From positions 74,689-138,688 of the forward strand of contig JAVZHQ010000002.1 of NCBI GenBank assembly GCA_038998335.1: DNA of 64,000 bases. Direction: 5' to 3'. This DNA is from Candidatus Aenigmatarchaeota archaeon. Lineage in GTDB: Archaea > Aenigmatarchaeota > Aenigmatarchaeia > CG10238-14 > SCSR01. Below are positions 40,711 to 50,281 of this stretch, piece after piece; the stretch's first letter is position 1; each line of letters starts with the position of its first letter. Both the position numbers and the translations under genes were made by a program. The notes beneath the pieces were generated by a model. It was not told the origin of the DNA, did no database searches, and saw only the letters and a list, made by a program, of their open reading frames with translations.

Positions 40711-42912
40711 GTGAAAAAAATGGCAAAGAAAGAGATGATTGAAAGGATCAAAGAAGCGATGAAAGATCCAGCAAGAATAAGAAATGTTGCAACAAGCTCT
40801 CATGTACATCATGGGAAAACTGCTTTAACTGATAACTTGATGGCTGGAGCAGGAATGTTAGCAGAAGAAATGGCAGGAAAAGTAATGTACACTTGGTTTG
40901 ATGAACAAGAGAGAAGAAGACAACTAACAATTTATGGAGCAAACGTTTCCATGGTTCATGAGTATGAAGGTAAAGATTATTTAATTAACTTAGTCGATAC
41001 TCCTGGTCATGTGGATTTTGGTGGTGATGTTACTAGAGCAATGCGTGCTGTTGACGGCACAATAGTTCTTGTATGCGCAGTTGAGGGAATAATGCCGCAA
41101 ACAGAAACAGTTTTCAGACAAGCTTTGAGAGAATACGTTAAGCCAGTTTTATTCATTAACAAGACCGACAGGCTGATAAAAGAGTTAAAATTATCACCAG
41201 AAGACATGCAAAAAAGGTTTGAAGAAATTATTCGTGATGTTAATATTCTGATTCAAAAGTATGCCCCTGAAGAGTTTAAGAATAAATGGTTAGTAAGCGT
41301 TGCAAATGGTAGTGTAGCGTTTGGTTCAGCAACTAAAAGATGGGCTATTTCTATCCCATACATGCAAAAAACTGGAATAACTTTTAAGGAGATTATTGAA
41401 CTCACATTAGCTGGAAAGGAAGATGAGCTAGCAAAAAAAGCTCCTCTACATCAAGTTGTTTTAGACATGATTATTAAACATTTACCAAATCCTTTAGAAG
41501 CTCAGAGGTATAGGCTATCAAAAATTTGGAAAGGAGATTTAGAATCAGAAATAGGGAAGCAAATGTTAGCATGCGATGCAAACGGAAGACTTGCTGCAAT
41601 AGTCACAAAAGTAGTTCCTGACCCACATGTAGGTTTTGTTGCAACAGCAAGAATTTTCTCAGGAAAAGTTTACAAAGGAAAGGACGTTTACTTGATAAAC
41701 CAGCATAAACAAGAAAAAATTCAGCAAGTTGCTGTTTACAAAGGAATATTGAGAATTCCTGTTGAAGAAGTTACTGCAGGAAACATCGCTGCAATAGTTG
41801 GAATTCCTGAAGCTTTCACAGGAGAAACTGTTTGTGAACCAGACAATATAATAGAACCTTTTGAAGAAATAAAGCATCTGTTTGAGCCTGTAGTGACAAA
41901 AGCTATTGAGCCAAAAAATCCTATGGAATTACCAAAGCTTGTTGAAGCTTTAAAGAGAATTGGAAAGGAGGATGCTGTTTTGCAAGTGAAAATAAATCAA
42001 GAAACAGGAGAATACCTTGTTTCTGGCTTAGGTGAACTTCATCTGGAGGCAAAAGTTGAGAATAAGCTTAAAGAAATGGGAATAGAAGTTGAGATGAGTA
42101 AGCCTATAGTTGTTTATAGAGAAACAATTTTTGATAAGTCTCCTACTATTGAAGGAAAAAGCCCAAACAAGCATAATAGATTTTACATAATGGTTGAACC
42201 TTTGGAAGAAAAAATATACCAAGCTATGAAAGAAGGAGAAATTCCAAGCACAGTAGAAGTTAAAACTAAAATGTTAGACTTGTTCAAAAAACTTTCTAAC
42301 TTAGGAATGGATTATGACGAGGCAAAAAGAATAGTTGTAATTTACAATAAAAACATGTTTATCGACTTAACAAAAGGTGTGCAATTTATGAATGAAGTTA
42401 TAGAAATGGTTAAAGATGCTTTTAAGGAAGTTATGGATGATGGACCATTAGCAAGAGAACCTTGCACTAAAGTGAAAGTTAAGCTTGTAGATGCTGAGCT
42501 TCATGAAGACCCTGTGCATAGAGGCCCAGGACAAATAATGCCTGCTGTAAGGTATGCTATAAGGCAGGGAATGCTTAAAGCTAACGCTACCTTGCTTGAA
42601 CCTAAACAAATAATAAGGATTGATGTACCTACTGAGCTAATGGGCGAGGCTACAAGAGAAGTTGAGAACAGAAGAGGGCAAATTTTAGACATGAAAGAAG
42701 AGAGGGGGGCAAGCGTTATAATAGCAAAGGTTCCTGTTTCTGACATGTTTGGTTTTGATGCTAGCTTAAAATCTGCAACCTCAGGAAGAGGATTTTATAG
42801 CTTGATAGAAACAGTTTTTGAAAAATTACCGAATGAACTAAGAGACGAAGTAATAAAAAGCATAAGGAAGAGAAAAGGTCTACCTGAAGAAATTCCTAAA
42901 CCTGAAGTATAG
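40711..42912 (+). CDS. fusA: elongation factor EF-2
   Basis: DTPGHVDFGGDV, NKTD, GLGELHLE, diphthamide loop HEDPVHRGPGQ. Confidence 0.96.
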   Translation: MKKMAKKEMIERIKEAMKDPARIRNVATSSHVHHGKTALTDNLMAGAGMLAEEMAGKVMYTWFDEQERRRQLTIYGANVSMVHEYEGKDYLINLVDTPGHVDFGGDVTRAMRAVDGTIVLVCAVEGIMPQTETVFRQALREYVKPVLFINKTDRLIKELKLSPEDMQKRFEEIIRDVNILIQKYAPEEFKNKWLVSVANGSVAFGSATKRWAISIPYMQKTGITFKEIIELTLAGKEDELAKKAPLHQVVLDMIIKHLPNPLEAQRYRLSKIWKGDLESEIGKQMLACDANGRLAAIVTKVVPDPHVGFVATARIFSGKVYKGKDVYLINQHKQEKIQQVAVYKGILRIPVEEVTAGNIAAIVGIPEAFTGETVCEPDNIIEPFEEIKHLFEPVVTKAIEPKNPMELPKLVEALKRIGKEDAVLQVKINQETGEYLVSGLGELHLEAKVENKLKEMGIEVEMSKPIVVYRETIFDKSPTIEGKSPNKHNRFYIMVEPLEEKIYQAMKEGEIPSTVEVKTKMLDLFKKLSNLGMDYDEAKRIVVIYNKNMFIDLTKGVQFMNEVIEMVKDAFKEVMDDGPLAREPCTKVKVKLVDAELHEDPVHRGPGQIMPAVRYAIRQGMLKANATLLEPKQIIRIDVPTELMGEATREVENRRGQILDMKEERGASVIIAKVPVSDMFGFDASLKSATSGRGFYSLIETVFEKLPNELRDEVIKSIRKRKGLPEEIPKPEV

Positions 42913-42938
42913 TATTCGCTGATTTCGTCTGTTAAAGT

Positions 42939-42953
42939 GAAAAAGTTTAAATA
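42939..42953 (+). promoter_or_regulatory. putative BRE/TATA promoter of EF-1a
   Basis: GAAAAAG-TTTAAATA upstream of GGGGGTG SD and start codon. Confidence 0.5.
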
Positions 42954-42994
42954 TATTTAAATACTCAATTTAAATTTAAGTTAGTGGGGGTGAA

Positions 42995-44275
42995 TTGATG
43001 CCTGCAAAACCACACATAAACATAATGACTGCAGGACATGTTGATGCTGGTAAATCAACTCTTATAGGAAGATTACTATACGAAACTGGAGCCATAAGAG
43101 ATGAAGAATTAAGAAAGTTAAAGGAATTGGCTACTCAACTTAAGAAAGAAACTTTCGAATATGCTTTTGTTATGGACAAGCTTAAAGAGGAAAGAGAAAG
43201 AGGTTTAACAATAGATATAATGCATCGCCCTTTTGAAACACAAAAATGGTTTTTCACTATAATCGACTGTCCTGGTCATAGAGATTTTGTTAAAAATATG
43301 ATAACTGGAGCAAGCCAAGCAGATGCTGCCATTTTTGTTATTTCAGCAAAGGAAGGAGAAGGTGTGCAAGAACAAACAAAAGAGCATGCTTGGCTCATGA
43401 AAGTTCTTGGAATTAAACAAATTATTGTTGTTTTGAACAAAATGGATACGGTAAACTATGACGAAAAAAGGTTTAACGAAGTAAAAGAGGAAGCAATAAA
43501 GTTGCTTAAAACTATTGGTTACAAAGTTGAAGAAATTCCTTTCATTCCAATTTCAGCTTACCATGGAGATAATGTTACTAAGAAATCTGATAAAACGCCT
43601 TGGTATAAAGGTCCTACCTTAGTTGAAGCCTTAGACACTTACATAAAAGAGCCAGAAAAACCTGTTGGAAAGCCATTAAGAATTCCAATCCAAGATGTTT
43701 ACAGCATAACAGGAGTTGGTACTGTTCCAGTAGGGAGGGTTGAAACAGGAGTTTTAAAAGTTGGCGACACTCTAGTTTTTGAACCACCAGGAGTAAAAGG
43801 TGAAGTTAAATCTATAGAAATTCACCATCAACCAATTCAAGAAGCTAAACCAGGAGATAATGTTGGGTTTAATGTAAGAGGAGTGAGCAAAACCGATATA
43901 AAGAGAGGGGATGTAGCAGGCCATCCTGACAACCCTCCAACTGTAGCAAAAGAGTTTACTGCACAAATTGTTGTTTTGCAACATCCAACAGTAATTAGTG
44001 CTGGTTATACTCCAGTTTTTCACTGTCATACTGCTTCAGTAGCTTGTACTATTACTGAAATAATTGCAAAGATTGACCCAAGAACAGGTGCAGTAATTCA
44101 GGAAAAACCTGATTTCATAAAAACTGGAGATGCAGCAAAGATTAGAGTTGTTCCTACCAAACCAATGGTTATTGAGAAGCAATCTGACTTTCCTGAGTTG
44201 GCAAGGTTTGCTATTCGTGACATGGGAATTACAGTAGCTGCTGGAGTTTGCTTGGATGTAGTAAAGGCCAAGTAG
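42995..44275 (+). CDS. tuf: elongation factor EF-1 alpha
   Basis: [37 protein letters not shown]. Confidence 0.97.
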   Translation: MMPAKPHINIMTAGHVDAGKSTLIGRLLYETGAIRDEELRKLKELATQLKKETFEYAFVMDKLKEERERGLTIDIMHRPFETQKWFFTIIDCPGHRDFVKNMITGASQADAAIFVISAKEGEGVQEQTKEHAWLMKVLGIKQIIVVLNKMDTVNYDEKRFNEVKEEAIKLLKTIGYKVEEIPFIPISAYHGDNVTKKSDKTPWYKGPTLVEALDTYIKEPEKPVGKPLRIPIQDVYSITGVGTVPVGRVETGVLKVGDTLVFEPPGVKGEVKSIEIHHQPIQEAKPGDNVGFNVRGVSKTDIKRGDVAGHPDNPPTVAKEFTAQIVVLQHPTVISAGYTPVFHCHTASVACTITEIIAKIDPRTGAVIQEKPDFIKTGDAAKIRVVPTKPMVIEKQSDFPELARFAIRDMGITVAAGVCLDVVKAK

Positions 44276-44292
44276 TTATTTAGTATTATTTC
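44272..44292 (+). repeat. left terminal inverted repeat GTAGTTATTTAGTATTATTTC
   Basis: exact reverse complement of 51484-51504; contains the tuf TAG stop. Confidence 0.92.
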
Positions 44293-44337
44293 CCTGGCTC
44301 TTTTTTATTATTTTATTAGGCTGAGGCTTTATAAAGC

Positions 44338-44733
44338 TTGTGGTTAATTCTATTAATTGATATGGTTACATCTAAAAAAATACTAGAGATTAAAATAAAA
44401 AGAGATTGGTATGATTATGTTATGCTAATCTTGGTGGGGATTGGTACCTTTAGCGCATTATTTGGCGTGACTATACAAGTTCCAAAAATACAAGGCGCAT
44501 TAGAAAATATTAGCAAATCATATAATGCAAGTTTAAGTGAAAGATTATCAATCAAAGAAACTTTTACGACATGTGTCACGCATGCAAAAACACCACACAT
44601 AACAGAATGCTATACATGCAATGAATACCCCATAGAACAAATTAATGCAATTCTGCGTGTGTGCAATATAGAAATAACAGACTCTCTTACTAATACAACA
44701 AACAAAACACAAAAACTCGAATTAATAAAATAG
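44338..44733 (+). CDS. element-borne membrane-anchored hypothetical protein
   Basis: one TM then Cys/Thr-rich region; ATG start possibly 44362. Confidence 0.55.
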   Translation: MWLILLIDMVTSKKILEIKIKRDWYDYVMLILVGIGTFSALFGVTIQVPKIQGALENISKSYNASLSERLSIKETFTTCVTHAKTPHITECYTCNEYPIEQINAILRVCNIEITDSLTNTTNKTQKLELIK

Positions 44734-44817
44734 AAAAAATGTTTAAATTTCCATATTTTTTATTTCTCCTTTCCTTTATTATAAAATTATTTTTTTTCAG
44801 TCTTTTGGTTGAAGAAT

Positions 44818-45051
44818 CTAATACATTGAGCTTTGTTGAGTTGCTAAATATATGAAAACAACAACTACAATAAAAACTACAACTATACAAATAAATAGAA
44901 ATATATTACCCGTAGATATGAAGAAATCACCGGTTCCGGGTAAAATAGCATTCATTGTCCTACCCAAAACATTGCCAAAATAAGCCAATAAACCTAACGC
45001 TAATATTATTGAACCCATTATTCCTAGCACCACCCATATATTTATTTCCAT
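44818..45051 (-). CDS. element-borne two-TM protein
   Basis: 77-aa hydrophobic ORF. Confidence 0.6.
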   Translation of the reverse strand: MEINIWVVLGIMGSIILALGLLAYFGNVLGRTMNAILPGTGDFFISTGNIFLFICIVVVFIVVVVFIYLATQQSSMY

Positions 45052-45105
45052 ATCTCATGAGATGAAATCAAAAATATTTATTTTTATTCTTTGTTAATTG
45101 AATTA

Positions 45106-45453
45106 TTAACACTTACCAATAGTAGTAGTAATAGTATATCCTCTTTCAATCATCTTGCTGACTAACTCTTCTAAACTTACCCACTTCCTTTTCTTATTGC
45201 CTACCAAAAGATAGCACACGCACTCAACGATGTCTCTTGCTACACTATTATCTCTACTACTATTACTATCTACTATTACATTTGGCCCCATTATCTCTAC
45301 TACTTTATCCAGCGCAAACTGAGGATTTCTCATGTAGCTTCTAAGAAAAGGTAAGGTTAATCTTATACCGGCTTCTGTCACTACTAAAACATTATTAAGG
45401 TATAACTCGTTTACTATTTCTTCTATTTGTTGTAAACTTATTGAAATACTCAT
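45106..45453 (-). CDS. element-borne hypothetical protein
   Basis: ORF 45106..45522; ATG at 45453 overlaps the upstream stop. Confidence 0.55.
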   Translation of the reverse strand: MSISISLQQIEEIVNELYLNNVLVVTEAGIRLTLPFLRSYMRNPQFALDKVVEIMGPNVIVDSNSSRDNSVARDIVECVCYLLVGNKKRKWVSLEELVSKMIERGYTITTTIGKC

Positions 45454-45719
45454 CGAATCACCGCATTGCTTAATAATCGCATCCTTAGAACGATGCCGTG
45501 AGAGGCTCTTCTTTCGCACCAACCGTTTTTAACCCATAATGAAAGAATTTGTCTACCTATTCTCCAACAAATCTTTCTGTGACTAAACCAGAATCTTATA
45601 TAGCTATAATTTATCACTTTGTTGGGTGTTGTGTAGAAAGCGGGCAACTCCTCTAAAAATTTCTCAAACAAATATTTGGCATATTTGTTCTCCATATGAT
45701 TATTAACCATTAGAATCAC
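45450..45719 (-). CDS. element-borne small basic protein
   Basis: 89-aa ORF in a tightly overlapping minus-strand run. Confidence 0.5.
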   Translation of the reverse strand: MILMVNNHMENKYAKYLFEKFLEELPAFYTTPNKVINYSYIRFWFSHRKICWRIGRQILSLWVKNGWCERRASHGIVLRMRLLSNAVIR

Positions 45720-45794
45720 CCCGATTTCCAGATGAAGGTGATTCCTTCCACCATTTTCTTAGGACCTTAACATATTCTGGCAGGTTGTCTTCAT

Positions 45795-45929
45795 TCATTT
45801 TCTCTCACCTTTTCGCAATTCTTTCTCAAGAAGAACTCTTATAAAACCTGAAAAAGTTGAACCTCGTTTGTAGGCTTTCTTTTTTGCTTTTTCCTTCAAA
45901 CTTTTCGGTATTGAAATTGTAGCCCTCAT
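45795..45929 (-). CDS. ribbon-helix-helix (CopG-like) protein, absent from ORF track
   Basis: MRATISIPKSLKEKAKKKAYKRGSTFSGFIRVLLEKEL. Confidence 0.75.
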   Translation of the reverse strand: MRATISIPKSLKEKAKKKAYKRGSTFSGFIRVLLEKELRKGERK

Positions 45930-46034
45930 GGCGCAAATTTAAGTAATCTAATGTTAAATTCGGGTAGGTATCAAAAAATGATACTACTTATCTCAACAAT
46001 TATTTAAAAATAGTTACGCCGAAATTATTTTTAG

Positions 46035-46400
46035 ATGTTTAAAAAGTTTAAAATAAAAATATTAGAGTTGCTCGTAAAAAATTCTGTAAACTCTTTTGAA
46101 AAAGCAATTAGAATGGATGTTTATGAAGAAAGGTTAATGAAAGAGATTGGAATTGAAAATAAAACTTACTTCTATAAGATATTGTACGAAATGGAGAGAG
46201 GAAAGGCTATAACAAGAGTCGCTCACGGCCCAACGAACCGTGTTTATGTTTATATGACACCGAGTCAATACGAGCGGGTTAAAAAACTACTTCCTATTCT
46301 GAATGATTTAGAACTTGTTTTAGGTCTTATTTTAGTTTCGAATAAAGACATTAATAGGATTGTGGATACACTATTGCAAAAAATTTACGAAAAGTCTTGA
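46035..46400 (+). CDS. wHTH-like regulator
   Basis: GIENKTYFYKILYEMERGKAITR helix-wing pattern; divergent from the RHH gene. Confidence 0.55.
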   Translation: MFKKFKIKILELLVKNSVNSFEKAIRMDVYEERLMKEIGIENKTYFYKILYEMERGKAITRVAHGPTNRVYVYMTPSQYERVKKLLPILNDLELVLGLILVSNKDINRIVDTLLQKIYEKS

Positions 46401-46595
46401 AATTCTGCAAAAGTGCTTTATTTTAAGTAGATATAATTTTTAAAGTAAGAATAAGAAATTTTTGAATCTTTTAACAAATCTTTAAGAGTAAATCTTTCTA
46501 AAATACCAAGTTTATCCAAATCTTTGACTTTTTCGAGAAATTCTTTAGATTTTGAGATAAATAGTATATAAAAATTTCATACCATAAATTAAATT

Positions 46596-46823
46596 ATGAG
46601 AGGCGAGCTCATGGAATTAAGTTGTCCATTCTGTGACAGGGGGAAAATAGAAGTCTGGTATATTCCAAGCTATATTAAAATTAGAAGAATATCTGGCTCA
46701 TTTGGTAAGGGTCACGCCTTTTCTAAAAGTGCTGATATTTGGATAGTAAAATCAGGTTGTCCTGTTTGTGGTAAATCACCAAATGAAGTAGAAAGAGAAT
46801 TAAAACGAAAGAGAATAATTTAG
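46596..46823 (+). CDS. zinc-ribbon protein
   Basis: CPFC...CPVCG. Confidence 0.7.
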   Translation: MRGELMELSCPFCDRGKIEVWYIPSYIKIRRISGSFGKGHAFSKSADIWIVKSGCPVCGKSPNEVERELKRKRII

Positions 46824-46833
46824 GTTATAAATT

Positions 46834-47499
46834 ATGTCAGAAATTGACAAACAATCTAAAATAATTTTAAAAAATGGAGAAATTTTATGTTCTTTACCAA
46901 TTACTGCTCATACAAGTAAAATCAGAGTAAAGAGAAATGGAGAACCTTTAGCCACGCGTCAAAAAAATCTTCTTGATAGTGACTTGATAGAATGGCAAAT
47001 TTCTTACTATAAACCAAATACAAACAAAGAACTTTTTGAAATTGGGTTGATGTTAAAAATTGCTTATGAAAATGGAATTATTTCTAGAGAAGAATTAAAA
47101 AATATTAAGGAATATGTCAAGAAAGTTGATAAAACTTTCTTTGAGAGTTATTCTTTTAGAGTTGAGAAGTTAGAAGAAAATTTTTATGATTTTATGGTGA
47201 TGTTGAGAGAATTTCCCTTTCTTCGTAAATTTTTTAGCGATGGTTGCTCTTTAGAAATAGAAATAAAACACAAGCAAAAAGCTGTCGGGTTTCAACCTAT
47301 GCTTTATATTTTTATTCCTTTAAAAAATGTAGTTTCAGAAAATGAGAATAATTTAATCGGAAGAAAAGCAAGGCCAAAAGAAAGAGTGATTTGGAAACCT
47401 AATAAAATACATATAATTGAAACAATTAAGGCATTTGCTATAGCTTCTAAGACTCATCTGAATGATATCAAAGAAATTCTTAACAGGATTGAATCCTAA
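46834..47499 (+). CDS. R.PabI-family restriction enzyme (HALFPIPE fold DNA glycosylase)
   Basis: LPIT..SKIRVKR, IEWQISY, KQKAVGFQPMLY resemble R.PabI-family motifs; convergent with a methyltransferase. Confidence 0.75.
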   Translation: MSEIDKQSKIILKNGEILCSLPITAHTSKIRVKRNGEPLATRQKNLLDSDLIEWQISYYKPNTNKELFEIGLMLKIAYENGIISREELKNIKEYVKKVDKTFFESYSFRVEKLEENFYDFMVMLREFPFLRKFFSDGCSLEIEIKHKQKAVGFQPMLYIFIPLKNVVSENENNLIGRKARPKERVIWKPNKIHIIETIKAFAIASKTHLNDIKEILNRIES

Positions 47500-48622
47500 A
47501 CTCTAAAATATCACTTTTTTTAATTGATTTGCTACCAACCCTAAAAGTTAGGTTTTTGAAATGTTCTTGATTTTCATTTAGTATTCTGCATATTTTTTCC
47601 TTAAGTTCTTTATCTTTGTCATATTTTTCTTTAAACTTAAACACATAAAACATGTCATTCAAAACATCTTTCTTTATGTTTATTAATCCAGCCCTACCGA
47701 CACTTGTATTACCAACTCTAACGATAGCTAGATAATAATCTGAGACATTTTCACCTACAGGGATTTCAATTTTTTCTGTTATGTTTGAACCAGAAACATT
47801 ATTATTCGTGTAGGATTTTTTATAATAAACTTTTTCATTTGATAAAAACTCATATAATGGAATTCCCTTAAGGCATACATTTTTCTTGTATAAGAATGAT
47901 TTTGGTATAAGCTCTTCAGTTAATAGATTGGACTTATCTAATATTTCCTCGACCTTCCTACCCTCTTCATAAATAAGAATTATTTTATCTTTAAACTTTT
48001 CAACATTAGTAAATATGGCAAAACAGCATGGTATGGGCTCATCGACCCATTTTTTATTGTTTTGATACACTATAATGGTAGAAAATCTATTTAGAATTTC
48101 TCTTTTAACTTCCAAATTTTTTCCTTTTATAAAAAAGGAAATTGGTAGAACAAAACCAATAGTCGAATTTTCATCTTTTAAATGTTTAATAGACTTAAGA
48201 ATAAAGACATTCTCTATTTGTATTTTCTCTTTTTTAACCAATTTTTTTGTTAGGTATTCTTTGGGGTGAATAGGACTATTAAAATATTTTTTTGGAAAGT
48301 AGTAGCTTTCCTTTATGTTATATTTCGTGAAAGGCGGGTTACCTATAATTAGGTCAAATTTTTTATCTAAAGGGTAAAGGAAAAAGTCACAAGGTTGCTT
48401 TGTGAATTGTGGGTCAATCTCACAACCTTCTATGTTATTAAATCCTTTCTTTTTAAGAATTTTTATAAAATTACCTGTTCCAAAGGAGGGCTCTAAAATC
48501 TGAATTTTTTTATCATATTTTTTAAATTTCAGAATTAAATCTATAACTTTTTTTACTATTTCCTTTCTTGTAAAATATTGACCTAAAATGAATTTTTTAT
48601 TTATTTTCAAATTTATCACCAT
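47480..48622 (-). CDS. N6-adenine DNA methyltransferase, gamma class
   Basis: GQYFT, LEPSFGTGNF (motif I) before GNPPF (motif IV). Confidence 0.9.
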   Translation of the reverse strand: MVINLKINKKFILGQYFTRKEIVKKVIDLILKFKKYDKKIQILEPSFGTGNFIKILKKKGFNNIEGCEIDPQFTKQPCDFFLYPLDKKFDLIIGNPPFTKYNIKESYYFPKKYFNSPIHPKEYLTKKLVKKEKIQIENVFILKSIKHLKDENSTIGFVLPISFFIKGKNLEVKREILNRFSTIIVYQNNKKWVDEPIPCCFAIFTNVEKFKDKIILIYEEGRKVEEILDKSNLLTEELIPKSFLYKKNVCLKGIPLYEFLSNEKVYYKKSYTNNNVSGSNITEKIEIPVGENVSDYYLAIVRVGNTSVGRAGLINIKKDVLNDMFYVFKFKEKYDKDKELKEKICRILNENQEHFKNLTFRVGSKSIKKSDILEFRIQSC

Positions 48623-49263
48623 ATATTAGCCAATCTTTTATTGGCAAGTTTAACATACTTTGGATTAATTTCAAATCCTATAAAATTTCGATTGAGTTGT
48701 TTACAGGCGATAGCTGTGCTTCCACTTCCAATAAAAGGGTCTAAGATTAAATCATTTTCTTTGGTGAACATTATCAGTATATCTCGAATAAAATGCTTGG
48801 GTTTAGGTGTAGGGTGGTCTATATAGCCTTCATCAGGTTCGATCATCTTTGTTCCAGCTATATGCTCAAATAAATCTTTATTAGGTTGAATAATTTTCGG
48901 GTTTCCTTTCTTGAAAATGAAGCAAGACATATATTTTGTAATTCCTATTGGAGATTTAACATTTGCTTTTGGAGAATAAAAAATTATTTGCCAAAAGTAG
49001 ACAAATGGGTTGTTTATAAATAGTTTTGGTAGAAATTTTGTGCTAAAAAATGTAATGAAGAAACTATTATTTTTTAAAACCCTATAACATTCGGGTAAAA
49101 TTTTATAGAATGTGGTTAAATCCTCGTCGTTACGAATTCCCTCTTTTTTCAAGCCGTAAGGTGGGTCTGTGATAATTGCATCTATGGTTTCATCCGGTAT
49201 CTCTTTAATTAATTTTAAAGCATCGCCCAATACTATTTTGTTAATAAATTTGTCGATTGTCAT
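48616..49263 (-). CDS. N4-cytosine/N6-adenine DNA methyltransferase, beta class
   Basis: TDPPY, HPTPKP, LDPFIGSGST. Confidence 0.92.
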   Translation of the reverse strand: MTIDKFINKIVLGDALKLIKEIPDETIDAIITDPPYGLKKEGIRNDEDLTTFYKILPECYRVLKNNSFFITFFSTKFLPKLFINNPFVYFWQIIFYSPKANVKSPIGITKYMSCFIFKKGNPKIIQPNKDLFEHIAGTKMIEPDEGYIDHPTPKPKHFIRDILIMFTKENDLILDPFIGSGSTAIACKQLNRNFIGFEINPKYVKLANKRLANIW

Positions 49264-49416
49264 TATTCACACCATTTAAACTATGTTATTATCTTTTGAT
49301 ATCCATTTTTTTCTCAGTTAGCATTATAGTAATATATAACACTACCTATATTTAAAATTTAATAACCCTAACACTAAGGTTATAGATTTATATACTACTA
49401 AACACTTAAAGAATAT

Positions 49417-49551
49417 ATGGCCAAACGAATTTCTACAAGTATAAAAATAGACCCGGAAATCCTTAAACAAGCAAAACATTATGCAATTGATGAGGGTATT
49501 ACTTTTTCTGAATTGGTAGAAAGAGCATTAAAAAATGAAATAAAAAAATAA
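49417..49551 (+). CDS. ribbon-helix-helix protein, absent from ORF track
   Basis: MAKRISTSIKIDPEILKQAKHYAIDEGITFSELVERALKNEIKK; divergent from the MTases. Confidence 0.75.
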   Translation: MAKRISTSIKIDPEILKQAKHYAIDEGITFSELVERALKNEIKK

Positions 49552-49705
49552 ATTATCCGAAAAAATAGTTCGATTCTTATTTGAATTTTAATATTATCCA
49601 AACATTCAAAGATGTTCCAAAAGATTTGAGTAGAGAAGCTAAAATCGTTATTGGAACTGCATGGGTTTTATGGAATGAAATACCATATGAGTTTACGATT
49701 TGATT

Positions 49706-50281
49706 TTAATTTTTTTCTAAACTCCTTCTTTTCATCTCTTCTTCCTTCTTTTTCATATAAGCTTCATAAATTATGTCAAATTTTTCCAAAATAGCTGATT
49801 GATGGGGTTTTTCGATTTTTTGAATAATTGTAGGAGATTGGTACATTTCTCCTAAAACTTTCATTAAATGAATTTTTACAAGTAAAAGCCTGTCTATATT
49901 CTTATCCAACCTTCCTCCATCCTTTACTTCATACCACTTAGCCACTTCAAGTCTTCTATCTATATCTTCAAGCTCATTCCACATTAAATTTATTAATTGC
50001 TCCACATTTCTTGTGTTATATTTTTTGATTATAATTTTTTTGAAAGCACAAATCGCTCCTGTCTGATAAAAGCTACACCTATCTCTTATATAGCAACTAT
50101 CACAATCAATTATTTTAAATCTTCTCGCTCTCATCCCATGCTTAAATGCTGCCAAATTTCCTTTTACAAACCTTCCTGTTTTAGGGTCTCTGTCAATCTG
50201 CTTTACAACTGTTTCTCTGCTATCCTTAATTTTATTTTCACCGTTTGTGTTTTCTTGACCAACGGTGACCATAAACATCAC
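49706..50281 (-). CDS. hypothetical protein with terminase-small-subunit-like motif and 4-Cys cluster
   Basis: RDPKTGRFVKGN.AAFKHG then CDSC..RC..C; start overlaps integrase stop. Confidence 0.55.
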   Translation of the reverse strand: MMFMVTVGQENTNGENKIKDSRETVVKQIDRDPKTGRFVKGNLAAFKHGMRARRFKIIDCDSCYIRDRCSFYQTGAICAFKKIIIKKYNTRNVEQLINLMWNELEDIDRRLEVAKWYEVKDGGRLDKNIDRLLLVKIHLMKVLGEMYQSPTIIQKIEKPHQSAILEKFDIIYEAYMKKKEEEMKRRSLEKN

